DNA of 64,000 nucleotides from Balanoglossus misakiensis (GCA_040954595.2 CM082592.2:7799677-7863676); one strand, 5' to 3'; positions 16,950 through 33,074 are shown, counted from the stretch's first letter. Translations and numbers: made by a program. Notes: generated from the letters alone by a model not told the origin.

Positions 16950-17016
16950 GGTACAAATATTGCACAAGGAAAATGCAAAGGCGTCGTGTTTGGCACAGGT
17001 CTCAATACAGAAATTG
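16950..17016 (+). CDS. SERCA: SERCA exon
   Basis: ccag|GGTACA...ATTG|gtgagt; 67 nt, GTNIAQGKCKGVVFGTGLNTEI(G). Confidence 0.95.
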
Positions 17017-17443
17017 GTGAGTTTGACTGAATTTCCAATTGGTTCCATATGGTTACACATATGCAAATGTGACATTGCAATCTGCCTCAACACTCCCCAA
17101 CATGTGTCACTGTGTGCCAGTCTCTCATTGCATGGCTCAAAAATGTAACGATACAATGTTTGTAAACCCCCTGAAGGAGGTGCACCTGGTAATTACCAAC
17201 AAGCAGTCATTCTTGCCCGATTTCTTTCCAATGTGTATGTAAAGCTGCCGGTTGTAAGTTACCATCTGGTGAGCTTGAGCGCGGCGGTGTTTTTTTTTTG
17301 CCTCGGGGGTTTGGTTGTTTACGGTACTGAATGTTGTGACGTGGGAGATTCCCAATTATCCATTAGCTATTAAATCACATCAATTATCTAACAGATGTTG
17401 GGTTTTGAAGAGACAGACAGGAGGTGAATGCATCCATTGATTT

Positions 17444-17522
17444 CATTCATTCGTCCGTCCATCCATCCATCCAACCCATCCATCCATCCATCCATCCAGC
17501 CATACATCCATCCATCCATCCA
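17444..17522 (+). repeat. (CATC)n microsatellite
   Basis: imperfect catc/ccat tetranucleotide run. Confidence 0.9.
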
Positions 17523-19442
17523 GCCCTGGGACCCAGTCTCTGCATAATTCTCACCTTGTGGGGGCGTCGTTCATCCCTAAACAGCATTCTGAGCAAGCGC
17601 ATGATGATGTCATCACCATGTATTGAGAGTGTTTTGAAGTGGGTCAGCCCTGCTATTAAATGGTATCGCGGCGCCCGATAAACTATCTGTAACCACAATA
17701 CAGTTGAGATAAACCCTGTCAAGAGTGTATCAGGGTGGGGTCGCTTGAGAGTTTTGGGCCAGAGTTGGCAGTTTATTACATACAGCTGAGATGATGTTTA
17801 TAAACACAACTCATGAATTTCTCCAGCCCAATGCCAAAGGTTGAATTCTGAAGATGACATAATACCAAAAAGACCGGGATGTAAGGTCATACCTTGGTCA
17901 TGAAAGGTCCTTTTTCAAAAATTCCTCTGAAAGTATATGACACTCTTTTGGTGTTGGAAAAAACTTTCTGCATGTTGGTAATTTCACAGGGTACAAATTA
18001 GTAATTTTTTTCCAAGCAGCTGGGATATCATTAGAAGAAAGGGGTTCGAATGGTAGACACTGTTAAATTGTGTGAATGTTTTTTCTCATGTCTGCTTTTT
18101 GCACAGCTGTGCACAATAATTAGCATGTGTGATATTTATTCAGTGTGAGTCACAGAGAAGAATTCAGTCGGAGACTGGCCACCTGTCCCTGTCCAGCAAA
18201 AACTCTCTCTCACTTGCTCATCTGGTTACCAGTGACAGTGATCTGTTCGTCTTGTATGTTTGTCATGGTGGCTGGTGTTCATTTGGGGAAATGGACTTTC
18301 CAAGGTGAAGGCCGTTGTGACTTGACACTTGTCACAAGTGTTCACATTACTCCAAGATCCTGGGCAGCAAACTGACAAATTAAATGATCGCTTTCAAATC
18401 ATACAAACTTGTGTTATAGCATCTTAGATTTTAGGTTGTTTGTAGGCTTGAAATGCAGAATTATTTAGTTGTGATGGACGAAAATTTACTTAAACAATGC
18501 TTGGCAAAGCTCCCATTTATTTTCTAACCACATGTACATACCATCCTGCTTGATATTTCAAAGTGTTGATAGCCTCCAGCTTATGTAGTGTGACAAACAC
18601 ATACATGTACGTGACTCCAAAAGTCTGCCCGGGTTTGATGTACGATTTCCCTAATAGACGTACCACGTTGATTGATTGTCATAATACTGGTACCTGGATT
18701 GGAGTGGTCCGAGTTATTTAGCCGCAGCTGGAAAATTTAGAGTATGTGCAGAATAGTTTTGTCATTAATCAGTGAGGAGAAGGTTTATATAATATCAAGA
18801 GGGTTGTAATTGGTTCTCTGTGGGGAGGTATGGCCAGAATTTTCAGATAAAGCAATATCCAGTGATGCTTGTTGTTTAAGATTATTATGGTATTATTTGT
18901 AGAGGTTTTCTCAGAGTATTCAAGTTTCTGGGGTCTGTTGTGAGCAAAAGTACATGTAGTTAATTATTGCGGTTTATTCTTTGTGATGTTAGTGTGACCT
19001 TAGTATAAGTATATCAGGCATCCTATACTACCAGCTGTTTGAAAAAACAACAAAAAATCAAATAAAAACTGGTTTAAACACAGATGGTTTGTGTCTGCTC
19101 GTGCGGGCGATTGAGCGGGGCTGACAGATTTGGGGAAATAATCAGCAAGTTAAGGGGCCCACAGTAGCTGCTGATGGCAGCGTGGATGTCAGCTGGCGGT
19201 GTCCTCAGTCTGCCTGATCGGGTTACAACCAGACCCCTCTGGTGAACTCTGGTAAACCGGCAGTCGCCGTGTCATTGTCCTTATTTGGGCACCTCAATAG
19301 CTGCTGTTTTGAATCTGATGCAAGGAGGAATTGTGAATATTTTCTACAGTAATCATTCATTTTCTCTCTCTCGAAATTCTGACAGTCTGCGATGGTGATG
19401 TGTGAATTCGAATGGTGGTGTGATAATAATAAATATTCATAA

Positions 19443-19637
<195 letters not shown>

Positions 19638-20724
19638 TGAATAGTTAATGGAGTTGTTCATTTCTACTTGACCAATCGCTTTGTACTCTTCAGAGAACTT
19701 GATTGATGACTCTTGTCAGAAATAATAGGACAAGAGTTTCTTTATAAAATTGCATCATTTTATTTCGGCGCATGTCCTCAGCTATGAAAAGACTGAATCC
19801 TCCTTTCACCCATTGGTTCAACAAAGCCGTGTTAGCTACATAACTGATTAGACAGACATCACCATTGTATCGATCGGCCTGCTTGATTGATAGTTTGAAT
19901 CCAAAGCAGAGAATGAGCCCGAAGGTCAAAAGGTGGCCACAGCTTTCAACAGAGACGTCACAGCGTTGGGCAATGATTGCTATTTCTGTACCATCAGAAA
20001 CTTTTCCTCACATAGCTTCTTTTGTGTTTCCAACGTAATAATGTTAACATCCCCTTTTATAAGAATCCGCAGAGGAAATGAAAAAATAACTGCTGCTCAA
20101 TTGACCTTTGTGTGCTGTTCATAAAATAAATGAAAGCCAAACGTGGGCATATGTCAAAACGATTTTCATGTGTATTTTGAGGGGTGCTCTAAATGCTACA
20201 TTAAAAATTGGCCGAGCCAAAAAGTACAGGTCCCCCGAGCTCTCCTCGTTGTTGTGTCTTTAATTGAGGGGAATACAATCCGTGGGTGAAATCAGTTCTG
20301 AGTTAATGTACTTTTGAGGGGGTTAGGTTTCAAAAAAGTGCAGTCATTGGAGATTTTCTCGCTCCATAAACTTCCAACGGCAATGATTTTTCAAGTAATC
20401 TTTCCATTTACCAGCCACTGGGCTTTATACAAATCATGGTTCATAGTCCTCTACATTGCGTTTCCATTCGCGTTACTGTACAGATGATCGGAAGTTTAAA
20501 TTTCATGAAGTTCTCGTGTGTCTTTTACTTGGAAAATTAAAACCAATAGATCAACATGTTCCATTGGTTTGTTTAGAAAAAATTCTGAAATCAAATGTCA
20601 GGTTTCATTCCAAATGCCAGCCTGTTTTAACAAGCAGTAGTTCTGAAAACTGAGCTGCTCTTAATGAGGCGTTGAAATAAAAACAATATTTGTCTATTTT
20701 TTTAAATGCCAAAGATTTCTCTAA

Positions 20725-20976
<252 letters not shown>

Positions 20977-21110
20977 TAGGTCTCCACAAAACTTTTAGCT
21001 GTTAAACAACTACAGTAGTAACATTTTTTTTTAATTTCAGTTATTGTATAAAGCATATATATTCTCACTTCTATTACAATTGTGATTTTTTCAAAGACCT
21101 AACAACCTGA

Positions 21111-21272
<162 letters not shown>

Positions 21273-21454
21273 TAATCCTCTATCATGCTTAACCAGAATA
21301 AAAGTTGATTTTGAGAATTGACATTTGTGCATTCAGAATTGAGTAATTACAGCACCTGTTCACATGTTCATAGTCAAATATTCCAGCTGCAATCTCGACA
21401 AGATATAATTATATTGAATATGATATTAATTTTGTTATTTTTTTTTATATTCAG

Positions 21455-21543
21455 ATGTTCGTGATAGAAGATGCCAGGGGAGACAAAGTTGATCTTCTGG
21501 AGTTCAACATTGGTGGAACTACGTATGAACCCAAAGGTGACTT
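21455..21543 (+). CDS. SERCA: SERCA exon (N domain)
   Basis: tcag|ATGTTC...GACTT|gtaagt; 89 nt, MFVIEDARGDKVDLLEFNIGGTTYEPKGD(L). Confidence 0.94.
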
Positions 21544-21751
21544 GTAAGTAGAGCTTTACACACTCACTAATCTTGCATATAGTTATTTGCGTGTGTTCAC
21601 ATTTTTGAAGTTTCTGATGGTGGTACAGAAGTGTGTGGACTTTATCGTCAGTTCAAAATCTTCTTGTGCACTTGTGATTAACTGGGAGTTAATGCTGTCA
21701 GAATCGTTGGAAAAGTCTTCATTTATCCATTTTATTTTTCATCTCTTTCAG

Positions 21752-21854
21752 AACATTAAATGGCTCCAAAGTACAAGCAAAGAACTATGAATCACTGGTT
21801 GAGCTGGCACAGATCTGTTCCCTCTGCAATGATTCAAGCGTAGATTTCAATGAT
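21752..21854 (+). CDS. SERCA: SERCA exon (N domain)
   Basis: ttcag|AACA...GAT|gtaagt; 103 nt, [34 protein letters not shown]. Confidence 0.94.
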
Positions 21855-22005
21855 GTAAGTCCAATGTGTTGATTTCCTCTTTTGCCTCGTAACAACAAAA
21901 CCGGGAAGACTCGGGGGGACTGTTGGACTCTGCCATTTCCACTAATTTCTTTCTGTTGATACCTCATTATTGAGAGAATTCTTGAACAGAGTCAATGGTG
22001 GATGA

Positions 22006-22440
<435 letters not shown>

Positions 22441-22567
22441 TAAAATCTTTGGTCCTTGAAAAACAATTCTTGATTCCAAGAAACTTGCGATCAAAGCTCG
22501 ATAGTTACAATCTGCATCCAACTCCTCCGCTTGAAGTTTAACCAGAATTTCCTGTTTGTTCTTGTAG

Positions 22568-22729
<162 letters not shown>

Positions 22730-22833
22730 TGAGGCCACCCAAATATGAGCTTTCGTATCTCCATTGCAAATCCTTAGTGCTATTTCAAGAACATCAAGTA
22801 TGCTAATTCAGTTGTTGACGTGTTTGCTTGCAG

Positions 22834-22934
22834 GCAGAGATACCTTGCGGTGCATTGGACTGGCAACCGTGGATAACCCCCTTGGCAAAGATGAAATGGA
22901 TCTGGAGAACGCCCTCAACTTTGTTCACTACGAG
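22834..22934 (+). CDS. SERCA: SERCA exon
   Basis: gcag|GCAGA...GAG|gtaggt; 101 nt, (G)RDTLRCIGLATVDNPLGKDEMDLENALNFVHYE. Confidence 0.95.
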
Positions 22935-23066
22935 GTAGGTCTTGAGGAGTTGCACAATTGGTTATGTTCATGTCAGCAGGTAAACAGAGAAATTAGAAAC
23001 ACAGATCATTTCTACTGGTTCATCTCTCGTAAATTTGACTACCTGACAAAGTCGGAAACGCATTAA

Positions 23067-23351
<285 letters not shown>

Positions 23352-23544
23352 TGACCTGTCTACCCCTATTTAACAATACTCGGACCCAACCGTCGCATTG
23401 AAAACAATGGGGGTTGGCTTTGATGTAGGTGGTGGAAGGTTGAAGTCAGGGGTGAACTTGATGATATAGGCATACGTAGAAGTCTTTCTTTGTAAGCATT
23501 TTTCAACTGAAATGCAATGTATATTATCACCTTATCCACACCAG

Positions 23545-23696
23545 GACTGTCATACTCTGGCCGAGAGTTTGACGCACTGAGTCATGCCGAACAGAGAGAA
23601 GCTTCGAACAGAGCTCGTCTGTTCTCCAGAGTGGAGCCGGCACACAAGAGTAAGATTGTGGAGTACCTCCAGGGAGAAGGAGAGATCTCGGCTATG
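23545..23696 (+). CDS. SERCA: SERCA exon (P domain)
   Basis: ccag|GACTG...ATG|gtgagt; 152 nt, (G)[50 protein letters not shown]. Confidence 0.96.
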
Positions 23697-23948
23697 GTGA
23701 GTTGTGGGGATTTTCAGTTCTGATTTCAGTAACCAAAACCCTGTGGACTGCTTGTGACTTTTGACAACATTGCAGGTGTTGCCTCCTAGCAGGGTCTGGA
23801 AGACTGAAGACACTTGGTTCTGGTGAAATGTTCTTGAATATTGTGATGTTATAATCAGTGTCTGATTTTCTCTGTGTCATAACTATTCTCTGCAGATCTA
23901 CTCTGACATTAGTGATTTTCATGTTGTGTGACTTTGAAACATTGTTGA

Positions 23949-24465
<517 letters not shown>

Positions 24466-24636
24466 TAGGTCTTCTGAAATTAATTGATCTCTCGTTTTAT
24501 CTGCAGTAGCGTTTTTGTCATCCCAGTAAAAGGGGAGACAGAGAGCCCTTGCTAGGTGGGGTCTGGCTATTATAAAGGCAGATGTGTTCAGGGGTAAGGG
24601 TGCTCCAGATCGAGTTGAACAGTGTTAACCCCCTAA

Positions 24637-25020
<384 letters not shown>

Positions 25021-25042
25021 TGAGTTCAAGTTGATGCCTGTC

Positions 25043-25147
25043 TGATTGATTGGTTGATTGATTGATTACATGATTGCTTGATATATTGATTGATTGATTG
25101 ATTGTTCGATTGATTGACAAATGATGGATCAATCGATTGACTGATTC
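25043..25147 (+). repeat. (GATT)n microsatellite
   Basis: imperfect tgat/gatt tetranucleotide run. Confidence 0.85.
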
Positions 25148-25195
25148 ATGTCTTTTGAAACAACTTTGATCAGCTCAACACTGATGTCACATTAA

Positions 25196-25366
<171 letters not shown>

Positions 25367-25538
25367 TAAGACGCGAGTCTCTTCAAGATGATGTAAGAAA
25401 AATAATCAAAGCAGGCTCTTTGTCTATGTATAGCGCAAACATCTATGGCATGTGCTGGAGGCATTTTGTAATTATTGCAACTTGTGGTCACTTGAAACTT
25501 GGATACTGTTTAACCACAGTCATGTGATTGTGGTTTAA

Positions 25539-25623
25539 CCCTTTCACCACCATGGTTCAGTCCAAACCTATTGTGTTCTATGGTAAGGTTGGACCTCTTA
25601 AGAGGGAACTGGGGTTGAAAGGG
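25539..25623. mobile_element. piggyBac-like MITE (85 bp) in SERCA intron
   Basis: TTAA|CCCTTTCA...TGAAAGGG|TTAA: TTAA target duplication, CCC/GGG ends, 8-bp perfect TIR; degenerate inverted copy near 23363-23443. Confidence 0.75.
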
Positions 25624-25633
25624 TTAAGGCTGA

Positions 25634-25792
<159 letters not shown>

Positions 25793-25959
25793 TGAACACG
25801 CTGTCTTTTGTTCCCTTGTTCCCGTCAATATTCCATCCCCCAACAACACTACTGGTATTAAATTTTGCTTTCCTTGTATGATAATAATCACTGGATCTGA
25901 TTTGATGTCATATTACAACAACCTTTATCGTGTAGTCTTGCTGCAAAGCTGTCTACACA

Positions 25960-26098
25960 CAGTAAAATCTGTCTATACTGAACTCTTTTTTCCCATGCCT
26001 GTGACAGAACGTGAAAAGATCCTCTATAAACCGAACACCTCTGTAAACTGAGCAATTTCCTCGGTTCTGTTGGTGTTCGGTTTTGACAGCTATTACAG
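25960..26098. mobile_element. degenerate Tc1/mariner-pogo-like MITE
   Basis: cagtaaaatctgtctatactgaac versus the reverse complement of the right end ctgtaatagctgtcaaaaccgaac (18/24 match); TA at right flank; internal subrepeats of the TIR motif. Confidence 0.55.
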
Positions 26099-26175
26099 TA
26101 TGTTCATGATGGGGAGAATTAGAAAAGGCCAACTACTAAAATAATTCTGACACTATTTTTTTATCCCGTCAATAG

Positions 26176-26376
<201 letters not shown>

Positions 26377-27805
26377 TGTCTTTCTGTCTGTGCCCCCTCT
26401 CTCTCTTTTTTTTTATTTTAATTAATTGTGGTAGTCGTAACTTGTGCTCGTAACTTTTGTAAAATCAAGTAACATCCACTGCCCCCAACGGAAATAATGA
26501 TTTTTTTCTTTTCATGTTAGTGTCATTTTAATTTCTGTTCAGTAACTTCAAGGTTCTGAAACACTTACACTAACTTATCCCTCTTCTACATAAATCAGTG
26601 TACGGGCAGCTTCATTCGCTTCAGTCTTATATTGATTTGAATGACGAAAATAGTCATTACGCTATGTGTTGAATCTCTATGCAGTTTTAATCTCTCTTTA
26701 CAAAAAAAGAAAGAAAAAATGCTAAAAAAAAAGACTTTCTATATTAAAAAAAAATAAGAGTCTGACTCAACTTGTCAAATTTGAATGAACTGGACCAGAG
26801 AAAAATTTAATTAAATTTCAATAAAGTTGTTTGGAACTCAAGAGAACCGGAAATTTATGAGTAAATTTAGTAAATTTAGATCTATGAGCGTTGTTTCTAG
26901 ATAATATTGCAGTTGAAAGTGATGCAGTTTTGAGCAGGGCCAACCCTGAAAAACTCTTTGCGAGAAAAAGATACAAGTACATTATTGGTGCAATTTTTAT
27001 TGGATTGTTTTAATCTTTACAATGCCAGTTGCTAGGCTGTCAAATACCTCTCTCTACATTCATTTCATTTCTTGGGAAGTTGGCCGACAAAAAAGTGTAA
27101 CTCTCTTTGTACTGTTTTTGTTATTTTGGAATTCTGTGAAGGCTGTTCTCACCTGAGACTTTATATTTTAGAAACTATGATTGCTTAAAAACAAAATTGT
27201 CAAAGAAATAAAAAGAAAGGGTGGTTGGCTTTGTTGGCTTATTCGGCAAAGTCACCGTGTATCCATGGCAACTGAACATATTGCCAGAAGTTTTCAAGCC
27301 CAAAGCAACAAAATCAACTTAGTATTGACTTGCAGTGGCTCTGTTTTTTTCCGTTTTTTTTTTTCATTTTAACCGAAACCATATTTTAATTCACAGCGCC
27401 ATTCGTCAGGTTTCAATACATTTCGTTTCCCTAACCCCTTTTCAAAGTAGTGATAATGGTGCAGTTTGGGCTCAAACTATGGTGCCTATTTTACTCCCTG
27501 TCAACTCTTAAAAAGACATATCACATTCAACATCTTGTCACCTTATCAAATTTTATTCACTGAAATTAAGTTTTATTTCACACTTTTTTTCCTTTCCCCC
27601 CATTGTATGCACTTTTAAGAAGTCAAGGTCAAGGCAATATGTTGGTTGTGCATGCTGGAATGCTTAACCCTTTTATAAAAATTAAAAATTGAAAAAAAAA
27701 CTTGACTAAGCAATCACAAATCTATTAAAAATACATGTTTGTGACAGTTTTTTCTAATTGTGTATCTCTGTGTGTAGAAGTAGTAGTGTTGTATTTCTAT
27801 ATATT

Positions 27806-27889
27806 CCCATCATGCACCTGGTGGTTCTGAGCATGCTCAATAGAGTACACACAGTCTGAGCATGTGCACTTTGCCAGGTGCATGATGGG
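27806..27889. other. 84-nt inverted repeat / hairpin
   Basis: perfect 16-bp arms cccatcatgcacctgg / ccaggtgcatgatggg plus inner catgctca / tgagcatg pairing. Confidence 0.8.
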
Positions 27890-30181
27890 CACTTGGTAAG
27901 TTTAGTTTGTAGAATCCACTTGTAGTTTTCAATTTACAATGTGACAACAAAAGACACTGGCAGTTCTTTTATTACAAACCCCTGTAATTTTGGAAACTTT
28001 AAGAAAGTGTAAATAAAAATTTGGGATGGGAACTCCTCATCCTGTGCTTTCTCACCTAACCATTAGCTCTGTGTTGGCTGAATTTCTGCTTTTTTTCACT
28101 CACTCTCACACACAAAAGAGTCATGGCTCTGAGGTCAAAGGTCATATCAGCGCATGCTTAAAAGATCATTCTCAGAGCATGCTGCCAACCGTTAATACGC
28201 ATCAATTTGGCACATTTTTTACAGTTCCCCGCTACATGGCGTAACACTGCATTTGTGTTGCCCTTTGACACCTGACCCCATGACCCTAACCCCCCTCCCT
28301 TTCTTACCCCTGTCATCACTTCGTTAGATCCTGTTCCCTTTTAAGATGGCTGCTTCATTATTCAGACTTGGTTTGTAATATGTGTTTCTTCATTGTCGGT
28401 AGTTGTGGTACCATAAAAAAAAATAACAACAATGTGGACAAATCTCACACAAGTAGATAACGGTTTAAGGACCTGTAGGTAGTGAAAACTTAGGTTATAA
28501 TATAATGTGAAGTGTTGAGCTAACTGCATGCCTAGCCTGGTAAAGTCTGAAACTAATAACATGATTGGGTGTAAACCCCCCTGTCCTGGGGGGTGGTTTA
28601 AGGGGGTGGGATGAGGTGGGGGGGGGGGTGATTGACATCAAGTCTATTGTTGTCACAATGTTGAATCATCCTAAGATTTCAAAGACACCAGATTACCACT
28701 GAAAAAAAAAATTGAAAAAAATCCCAGCAACATGTTTATCATTGTGCGCTGTTTATAAGATCTCATAAATTTTTCCCATTGGTGTCTGCTGTGTTCTCTT
28801 CACATCTTTATTTTTGGCACACCACTTCAGTTGGTGTGTACATGCATTGCAAGCATGTTTAATATTTCGGGTTTTATTCAGACCTTTTTTCACAGAACAA
28901 AACATCCCAACATGCATTGCACAATGTCCTTACCAGGGTCAAAGGTCATGCTGCTATTTTGCATATTAACGTTTGCCTCCTTTATCAAGTTCAAAGAAAT
29001 TTTGGATATTTCCTTCAGGACTAACTATCTAGACTTTCTTGCGTCAGTTTGAAATCTTTCTAAAGTAGAGAAATGTGTTTACACGAGATATTTACAAAAC
29101 TTTTTTGAAAGTTTCATTGCCCAGACAAGTTCTGGTTTGAATTTGTGAAACAAGGATGGAAAGCTTTGATTGCAAAGACAGAATGACTTTATACCTTTGA
29201 AAGAATTATTTGTCAAATACAACATGGTTTGTATATTTTCTTTTTTCCCTCTGAAGTTTTGTGTTCACATCACTCTCATTAAACTCATCATCGTTTTTGT
29301 CTAATTTATTTCACATTCATTTTTACTTTCACCTTTTAATTCCGCACATCTTTGTTACAAGAAAATGTTATTTTTCTTGGCGTACACATGTAATCACTGT
29401 TTACTTCAACTCTCAGATCACACTGGTTTCTTTTTATTCTGCTCATCACTCTTTTATCTAATGGTGACTTTGGACATAATTTTTTTTTTCCACTTGATTC
29501 TAATGGAGTTCTTTATAATTTTCCCACATGGTGTGTGTGTTTGGTTTCGTTTCTTATTCTGCTTTATATGTAACGTTGCTGCTCTCTGTAAGTAAAACCT
29601 TTCTTTATAAACTTTCTTCCATTAATTTCACTTCTGATAATCACAGACGCACTTGCTGACCTTATCATCTCTCTCAGATCCTGAGCTGTCAGATCACACC
29701 AAGTGTTCAAATTTATCCCCGACAAGTATTTTTGGCTCATTTACCGCTGTCTGACACGGTTGCTGAAACAGTCGAGGCCTAAATGTACTAAGGCTAGCAG
29801 TATAACCATGTGCATAAAACAAGCATGGAGTCTTTCCATCTTTGTTTTTTGCATATGTTTATGCGTGTAGGCCTTCTGCATCTTGTGCCTATACAACACT
29901 GCCAAAAAGTCTGTTTCTGTCATAATTTATTCCAAATTAGACTCTGATGTTTTGCACAATTTTTTGTGGTCGCAGCTCACTGTACACTCACCAAGCTTCA
30001 ACATTTCGCGCCTTTCTTCTGATTTTAGTATCTTTTTTGGTGTCTCTCTCTCATCACCCTTTTTAAAAAAATTCTCCATGTTTGGTTTTCTTGTCGTACG
30101 TAACTCAGAACCGTATGGTGTTTTTTTCTCTTTCTTTTTTTTTTCTTGTGGCTTTCCTTCTGTGTCTGCTTCAACCATCAG

Positions 30182-30216
30182 TGCCGAACCCAGGGCTCGA
30201 AAGGAAGTTTAAATAA
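30182..30216 (+). CDS. SERCA: probable alternative SERCA terminal exon (short a-type tail, VPNPGLERKFK*)
   Basis: ~55-nt polypyrimidine tract then catcag|TG; phase-1 compatible with the donor at 26293; gives IAD-VP..., recalling the Drosophila short isoform ending IADVP... Confidence 0.65.
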
Positions 30217-33068
30217 GACCAGTTATTTAGGCAGAAGAGTCGACGCGATCGGTGACGGGATGTCTGTGTGTAAATGGAGCCCACAGATGAAAAATTAATC
30301 TTGGGAGTTATTAGCGCGAAACAACTGCGATGGACACTTTGTGTAAATAAAATGCCCCCACCCTTGAAAAAAATGGAAGAAAGGGAAAAAGAAAACCTTT
30401 CAAAGATTTCTTTACTACTGTGCAAGTTACAAAGCAATAAAACTGAATGCCATTTCTCAGGAGTTTGGATTCAGAGAGTGATCAACTGCATGCATGCGTA
30501 TGTACATTTGCATGTGTTGGTCACATGACAAACAGTGCATGATGGGAAAGAAATCTTTGAAAGGCTCTGACCTTTAACCTTGAGACGTACAATTCAATAC
30601 TGAGAGTAGCAATAGTGGATTATTCTTGTATGGTATTCTTTTTTGTGTAATTTTTTTTTTGCTTTCAACAAAAGAAAATAAGGTTTTATCCTATTTATTA
30701 TGTGTTGTATAATTCTCAGATGTATTTTGCACTCAGGCTGTTCCCTCCTTTTTTTGTACTCCCTCCGAAATATGCAGTCCTTCCTTGAATTAGATTTAGG
30801 GCCCCCGTGCTACTTAATTAGTGAAATTTTACTTCTTCTGTAAGTGTGCTAGAGTGCCATAAGAAAATGACAAACAAAAAAATCTGTTTACAAACTACTA
30901 TGCTCTAAAGACGGTGATTACTACAAAACAAGTTATTATGATTAGATTGCTGATTTGTTTTGAAAAATGGTGCCCTAGAATTGTTTGATAAGAGAACTGA
31001 ACGAGGGACACCATAAAAAAAAAGACTCTTATTTGTTGGTGATAGCCATCAAATCATCAGCGAGAACGTCAGTTATTTACCTTCAGTGAGTTTTGAAATA
31101 CTGGGCTATATCTGGCATAGTGTAATGCCAAATTCAGTTATTTAAAACTGAGTGTGAATCTGAAGTGCTCTTCAAATGATACGTGACAATCCAATCCAAT
31201 CCTGAATCCGAACCCGAAAAATAAAGTTTGCCAAAATGTTTCCTTCCATTTGTGATGAACTTTCAGTGTCCAGAATGACTTGTGATTAGAAATGAAACAA
31301 GATAGAAGCTCCCCCAACCCTCCCCGTTAATTGGTGCCATGGATCAGTCCAGTTTTGACTCATTTTCACTCGGAGACAAACCAAATAGAACATAGTAACA
31401 GGGATGGCAGGGTAATCCTAACACACTGTGTTTTGTTTTTTGTAACATAAATTGTACAGTAAACTAAATGATCACCTTGCCTCATATATTAAATAACACC
31501 CCATTCCTCGTAGATAGATACCTGGGAATTTTACCTGAAAATAGTAAGTTAATAGAAATCTTTTTAAAAATTAATTTTGCTGGGATTGTTTTAGGTGTAC
31601 ATGATGGATTTCTATCAGTATTATAATTCACATTGTGTTGTATAGTGTCAATTGAAATTTTGTAGGGAATTTAAAAAAAAAAGATCACATATGCGGATAG
31701 ACTTTTTCACAGCTGTCGTATAGTGAAATATAGGTGTTGATTCTGTAGATGTTTTCAAATCAAGATTCTACCCTTAAGTAGTAATCTAGTGTGTGGGATA
31801 AAATATGACAGGGCTGCCTTTTTGTTGGTAATTCAAAATGAAAATTTCATTAAAAAAAAATGCTGCATGTTTGTTTTTGTAAACCTTATCATGGGAGAGA
31901 AAAACATACACATAAGACATGTCTGGTTGTTTGTAATTTCTTACCTCACGAACTCAACACAGGAGTGTTAGGGAGTCACATTCAAGAAAGAGGGTGAATT
32001 GTGTGAGGTAAAATGGCTAAAATGACAATTTTCAAACTGAAATTATCACAAAAGTCAGCCCTGGATATTCCCACGTTCCACTCTTAAACTTCTTCACTCA
32101 AATAAATCATTACGGGAGCCAAGCTTTGTAAGATCTTGGAAGTGCTGTTACATATATAACTTTAAACAAAATGTACAATTTCAAGTTGTTTCACACTTTT
32201 TTACAACTTTAAATTTACTGAGAAAGGAAATCACTTCTTATCAATGTTATTTTTTCTAAACATTTAAATTATTTGTTTTTAAAGATGGCCATAGATTTTA
32301 CGGAGTAGCTGGCGTGTGTAAATTGTCAATAAAGTTAGGGTTGTTCTTCAATTGTGTGTTATTTTGAGGTAGTGTGTAGTGGCAACAACAGACAAATGTT
32401 GTTTCATGGACTTTAGTTCTCAATTTAATAGTGTGATTGACATATGAACATTTTTCTAGTTTTTGCACAAATCTTGGGTGCAATGAAGTTGGCTGGAATG
32501 CTGTTTATTTTTATATTGTAGGTCAGTAGGGGAAATATAACACCGATCATTACCTCAATGTGAGCCAACTCGTGAGCGGATCGCATTGGTTGTTCCAACA
32601 GGTGCACGATCCAAATCGGCCAATCACTGATCTGCTGGGAGTATAGGCGCACTGACATTTCTCTAGTGAAAAGTCTTCGAATACGAAAAAACATCTTGAA
32701 GTTTGCGACACCAGTTTCAGAACAGTTTGAATATCAAAATATGTTTCCATTTAAAAGTGAAAAAAAGTGACTGACTCCAGTTTCCCACTTCCTGCAATAA
32801 ATGTTTCAGTAAATTTGTTCGGCTGCCACTTTTTAAGAACTAATTTCCAATACCAGCATGTTACCAGCAATCACTATGCAAAATTCCATTCGCCTTATAT
32901 GTTGTATTTACCACAACACAGTCCAGCATATTTTCTTTTTTTATAAACATGGTTGGACGCTTCTGTGGATTTGCTTACCATCATGATTTCATTTCGATTT
33001 GTGTGTTTGATATGATCTTTGTCTGTAATTAATGCATCAGAAATGTGTTGATTTTTTTTCTGTTGTAG

Positions 33069-33074
33069 AATAAA
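33069..33074 (+). promoter_or_regulatory. candidate distal poly(A) signal of SERCA
   Basis: AATAAA after ~2.8 kb of T-rich UTR-like sequence, followed by GT/T-rich downstream sequence. Confidence 0.4.

Noticed and set aside
17983-18001. cacag|GGTACAAAT resembling the start of exon 16950 (possible mutually exclusive exon)
   Set aside because: Immediate TAG stop and no further similarity.
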